This document shows, piece by piece, positions 1 to 44,290 of a DNA stretch of 64,000 bases (position 1 is the first letter of the stretch; each line of letters begins with the position of its first letter). The position numbers were made by a program, and so were the translations under genes. The notes below the pieces were generated by a model, which had not been told where the DNA came from, did not search any database, and was given only the letters and a program-made list of their open reading frames with translations. The stretch comes from Orbicella franksi (taxonomy: Eukaryota). The DNA is taken from positions 43,648,001-43,712,000 of the forward strand of contig OZ116698.1 of assembly GCA_964199315.1 (NCBI GenBank). The letters run 5' to 3'.

Positions 1-292
1 CAGAAGCTTGTACTGAAATGGCCGCTTTGCCTAAAATGTTTATCGGAATTGATGTTGTAAAAAGTAATTTATTGTGAAACGACACATAGTGGATTTGAAA
101 ATGCTTTATTTATTGTATTTATGGTAAAAAAGTGAAATTAAACGTGTGGCAATTCACCAGACGTGTCATTAATTAAACATACGTGTGACGTGATGCGTGT
201 CCACAATCACGGGACATTTAAATGCGAGTTTCCGGTTCCGGTTCCCTTTCCTGGATTGTTTGACTAAGGAGTTTTGAGTCACGAACGTTAAC

Positions 293-524
293 CAAGGCCC
301 TGTTTCCCGAAAGCCCCACAAAATTTTCGGGCCCGAAAAGCCATTTTTAGCTAACCGGTATTTAAAGACAGATAGGTGTATACGCCTGAGACTTGTACGG
401 AATGGAACCTATGTTCATATTAAGAATATGTAAATAAAACAGCTCTGTAATCGTATGGTTTGAGATTTTGCTACGGCTCTCTGGGTGCGTAAACTTTTCG
501 GGACCTTCGAGAAACGGGCCCCTG
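293..524. mobile_element. MITE with ~20-bp TIRs (CAGGGGCCCGTTTCTCGAA-type), copy 1
   Basis: Ends caaggccctgtttcccgaaag ... ccttcgagaaacgggcccctg are imperfect inverted repeats; colinear second copy at 62245-62477. Confidence 0.75.
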
Positions 525-1879
525 AAGTCGAAAGTTTCCTCCTTCTGTTGCGCGTATTGAGCATGAAAGCCATGGACCGTGGACGATTGAAATGAAAATT
601 TAAAACCATCCCTTTTCTAATTTCAAATGGGGTTTTGATCTTAGCGGGAATCCATCATCGATTCGGAGGAAGGGGGGAGGGGGGGGGGGGTTCTTTCTCC
701 CTAGATTGTTGTCAAAATGTGAATGAAAAGTCTGCCAAAGACAAGAATATCGCTTCTCGTTGCCCTTGCTTTTCTTACGTATGGTTCTCCAATCCTTGTG
801 TAGCACAGCTCTTACAAGACTTGGAAATCACCCTGGGTAGTGCTAGAAGGCTTGGTTAACTTGTAATAGAAATTTTGCAATTACTTCGTTGAAACGTGTA
901 CAGGCATGCCAGTGTTATAAGATTTCAAACCCCGTCCACTTTATTATATTTCTTTTCTAATGGGAGGGGGGAATTTACATCCTGCTTAAACCCCAAAGGG
1001 TTTTTAAAGAGACAGCTTTCAGCTACATCATGGCAACAACTACTTTCACAAGACTTTCTCAACCATAATTTCTTTATTTTTTTTTACAATTTTTTTTCCT
1101 TTTCTCTTTATAAACAAAGAACTTTGACGAAGTACAGACAGAAGAGTGGAATGGTGCATGTACTCTTACTTCATTAATTACCAGGACAGTGCATACATTG
1201 TATATATTTACAACACAGTTATTTTGATAACAAGACGCTGTGCATTAGGTTTTTGTTATACAAAGAATACATGACGCTATGCTCCCAAAAAATTTTGTGG
1301 CAGTGTTTCATTACTGAAAATAAATTTAATATTATCCTTTTTGTTTTTGTATACCATTTATTACAAAATGTCTTCCTACTGAAAATTACTCAACTTCCCC
1401 GTCTCCTCTAAGAGCAATATATTTACAACAAAACTCAAAATAATCAAGACTATGTAAAGTCAAAGGAAGAAGAATGGACAAAATAGCAATGCTATCAAGA
1501 AATTGTTTTTATAGTGAATTAGTCTTGTCTACAAGGTTCACTTTTGACTTCTGCCAAAAAACTGTTGAGTTCCTTTGGAATTAGCCAATCCTGATTCACT
1601 TAGTGGGGGTAGAGTTGCCATAGTAACATGTTCTTGCAGGAAATATGACACTTGTCACATAAACTTCACTCTGATCAGTCTTATAATTTAATTGGTTAAA
1701 CCATACAAAACCCATCAAAATGCTGTCAGTGAGATGTCAAAAATGAACCAGAAGCCTTGCACACACAGAATGTCAAGTGACATATCGCTGCAACGGACAA
1801 TATTTTATAATACAAACAACTAATCTAAATTACATTTTATGTCTTATTTACACAGCTTTGCATGTTCCATAGCCAAAAA

Positions 1880-2088
1880 TTACCGCTTTTGAGTTTTTAT
1901 TTTATTTTCTTGACTCTTTCTCTCGATCTCAGAAACCTCTAGTGTAACTTCCCCGAGTGACGGCATGTTTTGTGATGGGAGGGGAGATGCTGCCTTCAGA
2001 TAATCAGAGCTGTTCAGATTAAATTGTGTTGTGTCTGGGAGTTCCTCAGTGTACTCCTCTTGTACTTGAAGAAGTGTGCGTGATCGAA
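1880..2088 (-). CDS. CREB3: CREB3-family exon 9 (luminal domain, S1P site, stop)
   Basis: ccttgcag|TT CGA TCA CGC; (V)RSRTLLQVQEEY...KTQKR*. Confidence 0.9.
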
Positions 2089-5000
2089 CTGCAAGGAGTG
2101 ATAAAAAATGCAAGGTCAAACACAGTACATGTAAGACTGTGACAGATTTACATGTCAATATAAAAAAAACTATTCTGGTCTTGACTGGAAAATATTCTCT
2201 TGGGACAAGTTGAGACAAGTTGGTGTCATCTTTGAGTTTTTATTGAGGTAAAGAAACAGAAAAACAACAGAAATGTTAGCCTGCGTAGCAAGCGTTTCCG
2301 TGGGGTTTGGGGGCAAAGAAAGACCGAGGAACAGGATTTTCGGTGTTTTTCCCGCGCGAGAAATGGGGCGAGGGCCAAAAAACGAAAGAGAGGGGTGGGG
2401 GAGGGGAAGGAAGGAAACGCTTGCAGACAAACCCCTGGATTTTGAAAACCTCCGTTCGCCAGCGAATGGAGCTCATGATTGGCTGGGCTAGTCGAATATT
2501 ATTGACATGTGTCAATCAAACGTAAACTTCTGAAGCGTTCGAAGGTTGTTTACAAAAAGCTTTAACTTTCTCACCGAATGAGGATTGACTGACAAAGTCT
2601 TCCGTAAAACAGCTCTTCACAGAAGGAGATGTTCTTGCTGTGTGTGCAAACCATTTATTTGGAGAGAGAGACTCACAAGCGATTCAGTCTTAGGAGGTTT
2701 TCGTGAATTGCACTGCTGTGGAACAGTGCGGCAGAAACCTTGTAGTGCAAAGCTGACGCTTGGGGATTTCGAAGCCTGCACATTATTTCAGAAGCAAGTG
2801 CCTTCGGGAAGATTATCTATATTCAGATACTTGTCAAGATTATCGTTATTTTACCTCTCAGATGTTTGAAGCCTTTCCCGGTCAAATTCCAACGTTTTCC
2901 GAGAAAACTTTCCGTTGTTTGATTTTGTCACAGGCGATAGTCCGCGATAACACTCGAACCGATTTGCAGATCGGGCTTTTTCTCTCTGGCATGTCCAGCA
3001 AACGCTCCTTTGCTGGATTGTAGGAGTTGACTTGATAATTTTACCTTGTATCGATATGCAGTGAACCAAGATTCCGATTCTTGCGATCACAAGGATTTCA
3101 AATGCCAATTAAATACTTGTCACGTATTACCACTCTGGCAGATTAGTGCTAAAACTTCACCCTTGAAGTTCTTCCTTTTAGACGGGTTGAATTTTATTTT
3201 GAAATTGCAATTTCAGAGACTGCATTAGTCGCTCGGATTCATCGAGATTTCTCTTTTCCGTGAGCTCGTTGTTTCGGACATATTTTGACAAGTCCTCGAA
3301 AGTTCTGACAGCCGATGACAACATGTACGCACTCAGACATGAAAGGTCAAGTGGGCGGTTTTCAAAATCCAGGGGTTTGTCTGCAAGCGTTTCCTTCCTT
3401 TCCCTTCCCCTCCCCGTCTTTCCTCTTTTTGGCTCTCGCACCATTTTTCGCGCGGGCAAAATGCTGAAAATCCCTTCTTTGCTCTCCAACCCCATGGAAA
3501 CACTTGCTACGCAGGCTACAGAAATGTCAACATACAGTCAAACTTCCCGTTGCGACCACCTCTCATAAGAGACCACCTCTCCTCAGCGAACAGTTTTCCA
3601 AAATACCAAAAGTTTCCAGTCAAATCACTATAGTTGGAACCTCTGGTAAGTGACCACCTCTCATAAGCGACCACAACCACTTTTAGAGCTAAAAGTTTGA
3701 AATTTTCTTCTGTTGCTAACCTCTTGTAAGCGACCAACTGACAGATACCGTAGATGAAATTGGAAGAAAAGGCAGTCTACATGTAATTAATTATAGTACT
3801 TGTGGTCATTTTATTTTTATTCAGCTTTGCTCTTTGTGGTACATTGCAATCCTTTTGCATCATATTCACATATCGGGTGATCAACCAACCTTAAGCTTTA
3901 GTTCATTAATTTCATGTGTCAGACGCGACCAGGTGACCGCGAATTGTCACCCCCGAAGGCATCTAAAGTAAAAAAACCTCTTGTTCTAGAACAGTTCAAC
4001 TCACCAATAGCTGGAGCATAACTTGTCACAGACGTCTTCTGCTCTCCTGGCATTTTATTGATGGGAAAGAGAACCAAGCCAAAGGCCAAAAACAGCACCA
4101 TCAAACATGTTCCTGCTTGGGCCTTTGTCGGGTGGGTTGATGATACTAGAGCTTGGAGCTCTTTCAACTGATCAAGAAGGGACCTAGGGAGTCATTCGTA
4201 TTTGTATCAGTTGCTAGAATCCAGCGAGAGTGATTCTCCGCAGTTCAAATACATGATCTTTTATATACTTGCAATCTTCATCATTTTATTCTACAGGTAT
4301 ATTACGAACTTGAGCAATGTGACCAGCTCCCAGTTGGCTTGATAGCTCAGTTGGTAGAATACTGCACTGGTGTCGCAGAGGGCATGGGTTTGAATCTTGT
4401 TCATGCCTGAATTTCTTTCAGGCTTTAATTTCACAGCTGCTTAAGTCATGTGACTGTATAACTGTGATGATCAGTCATGTCTTCATAAGAGTGATTCTGT
4501 TGCATCATTCAAATAACTGATCATTGATTACTATTCGCTTATCTGTAAAAAAGAGAGTGTGTGTTCCCCTCCTGTAAAAAGTAGTAAATAACAGCATCAG
4601 ACTCACTTGTTTTGTTTCTGTAAGTTGTTCACTTTCATTGTCAAGTTATGGTTAAGCTCTGTGCAGGCCTTGACCCTAACAAACAAAAACACCACAAATT
4701 AACAAACAAATGAGCAAATTCATAGACAAAGTAATGCCTTCATTGCAAAGTCATGTACAGACATTTTCTGTAGCATCCTATAAAATGAACAAAAGAGTTA
4801 CTATAGTTGGGTTAACTTATGCAAACCTTTTCTCTAATCCATCAACGTAATCCTTCTTTTTTCTTCTACTTTCTTGTGCTGATTGCTAAAACCAAAAACA
4901 TAAAGTGTATGTCAAATATTTGAATTTAAAAATTATATACCACACAACACCCATGTGGTATGGCTGCCCACCACAACAACATACTTAAAAACAAAAATAA

Positions 5001-8000
5001 AAAACAAAAAATGTAGAAACCAAAAGTACTATTTACTTTGTTCTTTATCTTTCTCCTCACTTTCTTTAGAACTTTTTCCTCAGCCTACAGTTTGAAAAAA
5101 TAATGATGGAAAACTTGGACTGCTGGCACCAATATTAAAATACACTGTGTAATTTACTGAGATGTCTGAGATGATGGACAATCTCAATCAAACAACATAT
5201 TCACTAATGATTAACAAGAGATATTTCTTTTAATGTTACATGTACATTGTACAAAATAAAATATAAATATATATATATTGAAAAATAAATAAATTACAAT
5301 AATTTATCAAAAGAAGGAGGAAGCAACATCAGCCTTAGCTGGTTTCATGCAGGTCCTCAATCCTGGTTGAAATAGAATTTGGAGATGCTTGTGTTTGTGG
5401 AGGGACGAAAACATGAGAGTACCAGTTGAAGGCAAGAGCCAACAACACTGTGCCATCCCTGCTCCCCATGTTATGTGCACGCACTTTGAAAACTTTGACC
5501 TTTAAGATCAGGGCACTTTCCCATACTGTAGCTGACAACTCTCATCATATTATAAATACCTTAGTGAGTGGCAAATCTGTGGGTAATGAAACACCTTCCA
5601 TCTCTAGTAATCTCTGTTCCTCGCTTGAAAGAATCAGAATCTTTGACTGAAATGTAAGACAAAATGATGTGACGGTCAGTTAAAAAGCTGACGTAATTGT
5701 ATCCATTTGCAGTAGTGGAAATTGATGTATTTAGTAAAGCCTGATTTTTCAAACCTCTAAAGGAAATGAAAATTGGTTTGAAAAATCGGGTACAGATTGG
5801 AAACCTCACAGTGAAAAATTATACCAAGGGCAGTGAAACAACCTTTGAAAGATTGAGGGTTTGGAAAATCAGGATTCATCTGTACTTGATTATATATGTA
5901 AAAATAAATGTCTTATCAATTTTACTTGGAAGCGAACTTTAACAATCTGACCCTAACAGATATATATAACTGTCTGCCTGATATGCTTTGCATACCTTGC
6001 TAGTGCGAGAGGAAGTGGGTGGACACACAGACATCACGGATTGACTGTTTGTGACTATGGATGATGTTGCTGTTGTTGGCAGGGTGGAAGTGATGGTGGT
6101 TAACTCTGAATTACCAGTATTGATGCTGTCTTCCAAGTCAGGTAAATCAAAATCAACATTCCAACCTACATGTATCATAAAATATTTTGTCAATATAAAA
6201 GTGGTCAGTGTAAGACGTACGCTGCAGACTGCAGACTGCAGACCTGGGGTAAAATGCAGACTGCAGTCCAGGGGTAAAATGCAGACTGTACACTTTTAAA
6301 CTGAATAACATTTCCATCATTGAGAGCTAACCGTAAACAGACTATCTGGAGCATTATTCAGGCTAACCCCCCTGGCTAACTGGAGTGCAGACTTTCACTG
6401 CAATTAGCCTGAATATTCCTGTTTGTGGTCAGCACTTGATAGAGGAAATATTATGTAATGATAAACACTCATCAATATTATGTAATGATAAACACACTCA
6501 CTACATGTATCATAAAATATTTTGTCAATATAAAAGTGGTCAGTGTAAGACGTACGCTGCAGACTGCAGACTGCAGACTGCAGACCTGGGGTAAAATGCA
6601 GACTGTAGTCCAGGGGTAAAATGCAGACTGCAGTCCAGGGGTAAAATGCAGACTGCAGTCCAGGGGTAAAATGCAGACTGCAGTCCAGGGGTAAAATGCA
6701 GACTGTACACTTTTAAACTGAATAACATTTCCATCATTGAGAGCTAACCGTAAACAGACTATCTGGAGCATTATTCAGGCTAACCCCCCTGGCTAACTGG
6801 AGTGCAGACTTTCACTGCAATTAGCCTGAATAATCCTGTTTATGGTCAGCACTTGATAGAGGAAATATTATGTAATGATAAACACTCAAAAAGTCTGTAG
6901 TCTGCAGTCTGCGTTTTACACTGATCAAATATAGAAGACAGCTAAAAATATTCAGATGTATGTGTAAGAACTTTTCCAGATAACAATTAAAACATGCAAT
7001 TTAGAAATACTGTTGTTTTTTGCACTTCTTATAGATCTCTTACAAGGTTAGACTTTTGAAACAAGAACATTGTTGCACTTACCAAGGTCAATTGTAAAAT
7101 CCTCACTATTTTGTGGTAGACCAGGTGATGCTGATGTTGAGCTAAGGATTTCACTCAACTCGACATCATCCATGGTATTGGGACTGGGCATCATGTCTGA
7201 ATCTGATGATGTGCTCTCACTGTGAGGGGGAGAAACACTTCCAAAGTCTGGAAAGTCTTGTCCAAACAGAAGATCCAGAAGACCATCTTCATCGCTGTTA
7301 CTGGTGTAATTATCCTGTGAAAATTTAGAACATGAACATCAATAATTACAAGTCTACTTCATTGTTTGTGGAAGAACATGTCCATGTAGAGGGAGAAACA
7401 ACACAGTCAGAGCAAAGACTGTTCAGTGACAAAAGATAAAGACAACAGAAAATTAATAAGATTAGTTTTTTTGTGGTATTTACAAAAAATTATATAATCC
7501 GTCAAATATTTTCGCTTACACACGATTAGTCTTAATGCACTATGTGCCTGAATATTCCCCAGCTAAAACTGGAGAATATCTGTGTAATATTCCCCAATCG
7601 TGCGTGTCACAAAAAAATATGACAGATAATAAACACAATAGTCTCCATTTGACTTTAAAATTATGCTCAGATATTTATCCTAACCCCTGTTCCTCAAAAA
7701 TCACAATTTTCCTCAAGCTTTTATATCATAAAACATGGGTTGGTTTGCCAATACAAAGAAGAACATCCCAACACTGTATTTACACTGTACACAACATGTT
7801 CGCTTCTCAGAACAGATAATGTCCATGGACAAATATCTGAGCATATTTTCATGCCAAATGGACTGGCTATTGCTTATTTATCAAGAGCAGGATAAGTGAT
7901 ATCAGTTGAAGCTGAACTTTATCCTATTATTTCCATAACAATTTTCATGTCTTTGCATTTTCGTTCAATTATCATACCTCCTTCGATACTTTGGCGCTGT

Positions 8001-8980
8001 TTTTCGCGTGCTCCACATCAATAATTTGTATCGGATTCCATGTTTTTTGTTATTGCATGGTTGCAAATACAATCACAACAAAAAGGAATTAGCTATGTGG
8101 CCACACTCAACAAATGGCAAAATAAACAAAAGCTGTATGATAAACTTGATTGCATTTGCAGAAATATTTATCTGCAGACTACTGCAGTGCACAGCTCACA
8201 TGTTTTTAGAATTTGGTTTATAAGCCCAAACAAACCGATGTTATTTTGTTTTAAGACAACAAATTACCACAAGCAAATAGCAGCTGGTGCTTGTAAAGCT
8301 TCCCTTGACAGGAACACTGCTAAATGAAGTGGATATCAAAAAACATGGCTTGGTTTGCCAATACAAAGAAGGACATCCCTGGAATGTAATTAACCATGTC
8401 AACCTCTCACTTCACATATTGCTAGAGCTTAAGGTCTAAATCACCTTGTATGTGGATGATAAGAGCTATGTATGCTGCAATCTTTGCAGTCTTTTCGGCA
8501 TACAAACCAGAATTCCTCAAGCTTGTGTTAGCATTACATTGCATGTTGACCCAATTTTGCAACCTTGATTTCCTAAATAACATTATTATATAAGGCTGAT
8601 AGAGAAGATCTATAAGCTTGATCATGAGCTTACAGACTTTCAGCTGTCGTCCAACAAAGTAAGAACTTGATGGAATTTGGAAAAGTTATGTAATGAATCG
8701 AACGTGGAACGAACTATATGGTCGATCTATGGTCGGCTGTGAAACATCGCTCACATAAACAAACTTCATGTGTCTGTAACAAGAGACACTTATCCGCTGA
8801 AAACGAAAGATTCATCTCACAAACTAGTGGAATTTAACGATCGGAAGTGTGCCAACTTACTTGAGTCCATGTGTCGAGAAAATCCGAGGCGCTCGAAAAT
8901 ATATCTTCGTCCAGCAAAACATCTTTCTTGGCGTACAGGTGATCCAAAGTCACCGTGGAAGAAGAAATATCTACCACCAT
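1880..8980 (-). CDS. CREB3: CREB3-family (CREB3/CREB3L/CrebA-type) ER-membrane-tethered bZIP transcription factor, 9 coding exons, 390 aa
   Basis: Exons 8861-8980, 7083-7314, 5996-6165, 5560-5646, 5037-5084, 4827-4885, 4607-4675, 4005-4183, 1880-2088 total 1173 nt, all GT-AG with consistent phases. Adjacent-to-bZIP motif LSSEEQRLLEMEGVSLPTDLPLTK, basic region [28 protein letters not shown], leucine zipper, TM AGTCLMVLFLAFGLVLFP, S1P site RSRTLL. Symbol is family-level; the paralogue cannot be assigned. Confidence 0.93.
2277..3518. mobile_element. Non-autonomous DNA transposon, TAG...CTA termini, ~170-bp TIRs, 9-bp TSD (Academ/AcademH-like; MULE not excluded)
   Basis: tagcctgcgtagcaag ... cttgctacgcaggcta; exact TSD cagaaatgt at 2268-2276 and 3519-3527. 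Confidence 0.85.
3535..3740. mobile_element. Tc1/mariner-type MITE fragment
   Basis: TA|CAGTCAAAC start and internal (taagcgaccacc) subrepeats; other end not seen. Confidence 0.5.
4005..4183 (-). CDS. CREB3: CREB3-family exon 8 (zipper end and transmembrane helix)
   Basis: SLLDQLKELQALVSSTHPTKAQAGTCLMVLFLAFGLVLFP...; ccctag| and |gtgagt. Confidence 0.92.
4294..4487 (+). mobile_element. tRNA-derived SINE
   Basis: tRNA-like head 4336-4407 with box A tagctcagttgg and degenerate box B gggtttgaatc, followed by a non-tRNA body. Confidence 0.7.
4607..4675 (-). CDS. CREB3: CREB3-family exon 7 (leucine zipper)
   Basis: VKACTELNHNLTMKVNNLQKQN; ttgttag| and |gtgagt. Confidence 0.9.
4827..4885 (-). 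CDS. CREB3: CREB3-family exon 6 (basic region)
   Basis: [19 protein letters not shown]. Confidence 0.92.
5037..5084 (-). CDS. CREB3: CREB3-family exon 5 (basic region start)
   Basis: [16 protein letters not shown]. Confidence 0.92.
5560..5646 (-). CDS. CREB3: CREB3-family exon 4 (adjacent-to-bZIP domain)
   Basis: SKILILSSEEQRLLEMEGVSLPTDLPLTK. Confidence 0.92.
5996..6165 (-). CDS. CREB3: CREB3-family exon 3
   Basis: (G)WNVDFDLPDLEDS...SSRTSK; catgtag| and |gtatgc; phase 1 to phase 0 fits neighbours. Confidence 0.85.
6166..6925. repeat. TIR element (ggtcagtgtaagacg...cgttttacactgatc) with internal tandem duplication and 25-bp minisatellite
   Basis: Copy 1 6166-6470 and copy 2 6501-6888 near identical; unit gactgcagtccaggggtaaaatgca x1 in copy 1 versus x4 in copy 2. 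Confidence 0.85.
7083..7314 (-). CDS. CREB3: CREB3-family exon 2 (acidic activation region)
   Basis: DNYTSNSDEDGLLDLLFGQDF...EDFTIDL; tcacag| and |gtaagt. Confidence 0.85.
7491..7881. mobile_element. MITE-like repeat in CREB3-family intron 1
   Basis: Recalled interspersed repeat (tatataatccgtcaaatattttcgc ... gactggctattgcttattta) with internal inverted segments; family not assigned. Confidence 0.5.
8861..8980 (-). CDS. CREB3: CREB3-family exon 1 (start)
   Basis: caaaATGG context; MVVDISSSTVTLDHLYAKKDVLLDEDIFSSASDFLDTWTQ|gtaagt, phase 0. Confidence 0.85.
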
Positions 8981-9136
8981 TTTGTCGAATAACGAGTATC
9001 AAGTGTACAAAACCCTGCCAACAACTACAGCTTCTACGTGGAATAAAACAGTATTTCACTTATTGTCAACCGGGAGTTCTAATTTTAGTAACAACGTCAT
9101 GTTAGGAATTGAAATTTTCTGACATGTTGGAAATGG

Positions 9137-9146
9137 TGACGTGGCA
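9137..9146. promoter_or_regulatory. CREB3/UPRE-type site TGACGTGGCA (TGCCACGTCA) ~160 bp upstream of the CREB3-family ATG
   Basis: Exact 10-mer; ETS-like CCGGAAAT about 12 bp away. Confidence 0.5.
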
Positions 9147-10573
9147 AGTCCGCACAACCGGAAATTAAGGACACTTCATGGTATCATAGATGTGGTACTG
9201 ATCCAAAATATTCCAAGCCAGGCTCTTGCGCGGTCAAGAGCAACCGTTACCATCGACCCAGGGGCATTTCACGTATTGGGCTCCATGCTCCACTAAAGCT
9301 TTGCTTAGAGAGCGAATTAATACTTCGTATAATTGGAAGATTCGAAAAATCGACGGTTCGGAATCTCGATCGGCAGAGTTTAACTCGAGAGAGTTTTTTT
9401 TAAAAAGCATCTCGCCACCTTATTTCAGTACGCTAAAATCTGACTGAAAGTTTAATTTTAAGACTCCCGCCATCCCGGGTATTCAGAAGACACAGAAAAG
9501 AGGATCTCCATATGACTCTAATGTTCTCTAATTTACAAGACCAAGGATATTATGGGATTAGATTCTCAGATGAAAGTTTTTCTTTTGTTACACATGGAGG
9601 GTTTCTCCGGAGTATAAGGACTATAATATGAAGGGTAGAATGATGTCCGAAGGACTTTTCTTTCCATTCCTCCCCCCCCCCCCCCCCTCTATCTCGCCAA
9701 TAGGATTCTAATTTTATAGTGATCAATCAAACTTTTCTGGAAGATGAATGGGTCTCTGCTAGCATGGTACAAAACTCAGGCTCCTGCAAGCATATTCTTT
9801 GTAGCACACAAGTGAGGTTTTGATCACGCGTAGTTCACGCGGTGGAGTGGGGAGCTTTCTTCCCATCGACCCACGCACGCTCATACGCCTGTGTTTCAGT
9901 AGCCACTGTTAGCTTAAAAGTCTCAAAAATCTGCGTTGTTTTTAACACACTTTCACTACAGCTACTAGTAACAGAATTTGATCGGAAATTAGAAATAACA
10001 AATGAGACAGGAAGACAAAATACGGCTTCTTTAGGAATGGGACAAATAGGAACGATAGTATCGTTTCTTGTCTTTAAACTCAAAGTAAACATAGAAAACA
10101 ACCCGCATTTTATTTCCTCTCAAGTTGGCGTTTTGTCATCAAAACTGTACAGCTACATACATTTGGAATTTATATTTTACACACGGATGCAAAATAGGAT
10201 AAAAATACGAATCTACCTTACATTACAAAACTTCCACAACAAAACTCACGTTCTATGCCTGCATAGCAGTGAACGAGACAAACAATCTTCAAACTGCACT
10301 TCTGCTTTTGAAGTAAACAAATCAAAAGTTTTTAACAGGAAGGGTCAGTTCTACGAAACACTCCTAGGTTAGCATTTTCATGAAAATATATTACATACAT
10401 ACACCCGATAGTCTACGAACAAATACAACCAATTTTATTTTAGAAAATAAATAATCAACTTAACACTGAAATATCTCGACCGCGTACTGGGTTTGAATTT
10501 TGACGCTTTGTATCAAGAATGTGCTAAAAAATCTACTCTGAAGTTCAGTAAAATAATTTGAAATCAGAAGCTG

Positions 10574-43499
<32,926 letters not shown>

Positions 43500-44191
43500 T
43501 TAGTTCGCTGTGGAAAATTCGAAGCACTCCTTTCCAGTGAACTGGTTTCAAACACAGAGCTGGGATCGAGAGGCTGTACCCATGTTTCAAAAGGGGTATT
43601 GCTTAGAGTAAACAGCTAAAAGAAGGAGAGAGCCTTCGAAAATTGTTCAAAATGGAAACCAGGCTGTATTTGTTAAGAGATGGGTCAAAGAGCTCATCTC
43701 AGGGACACGTGTTTTGATGTCAAAGAGCCCACGGTTGGAGAAGGACATCATTGCCCAAAAAGGGGGGTAAAGGAACCAGGGAATACCCTTACAACGCCTG
43801 GACTGTCGAAGAAGCGAAAATTCACTGTATTAAACCTTTCGGGAAGATGGCTAAAACTACAAAAGAGAACAGATGTTACTTGGGGCATACCGCGTGATTT
43901 ACGAACAATGAAACCAACACAACGACATCAGCAAACGTAAAATCGAATTCTCCCTTAAAACAGCCCTCAAAACGGGATCGTGGGGGAAGGAAAAGATGGC
44001 TACCGAAGGCCAGAAACGAAAGACTATGAAAAAACCACGACAAAATTAGGCTCGATCCACGCGACTTAACACTCCCTCTACACCGCTAAGACTTGACTTA
44101 AACAACACAGAAACTTGATAGAGTAAAACATTTATGTAATAACGTGATCAACAGCACAAAAATAAGAATTTATCACGAGCAAATCGCTTAC

Positions 44192-44290
44192 TTTGTTCCC
44201 TCTCTGACTCCATCTTGGTAAACGTGCCGCTCCCTGCTCGCTGCTTGTCTTTGTCTGCCGACGCAATGCATTCTGGGCTGCCATCCATTT
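44192..44290 (-). other. Candidate CHD1 5' leader exon carrying an upstream ATG
   Basis: ccaagATGGAG...CAAA|gtaagc donor; acceptor ttttccacag at 43508; CCAAT and TGCGCATG motifs at about 44290-44330; 5' end unknown. Confidence 0.55.

Noticed and set aside
2170-3568. Several overlapping ORFs (2170-2525, 3178-3568)
   Set aside because: They arise from the mirror-image TIRs of the 2277-3518 element; not protein-like
6478-6771. Repetitive ORFs (LHFTPGLQSAFYP)n
   Set aside because: Translation of the 25-bp minisatellite
9842-10372. 176-aa plus-strand ORF
   Set aside because: Non-ATG start, AT-rich, lies antisense to the probable CHD1 3' UTR, no recognisable motifs
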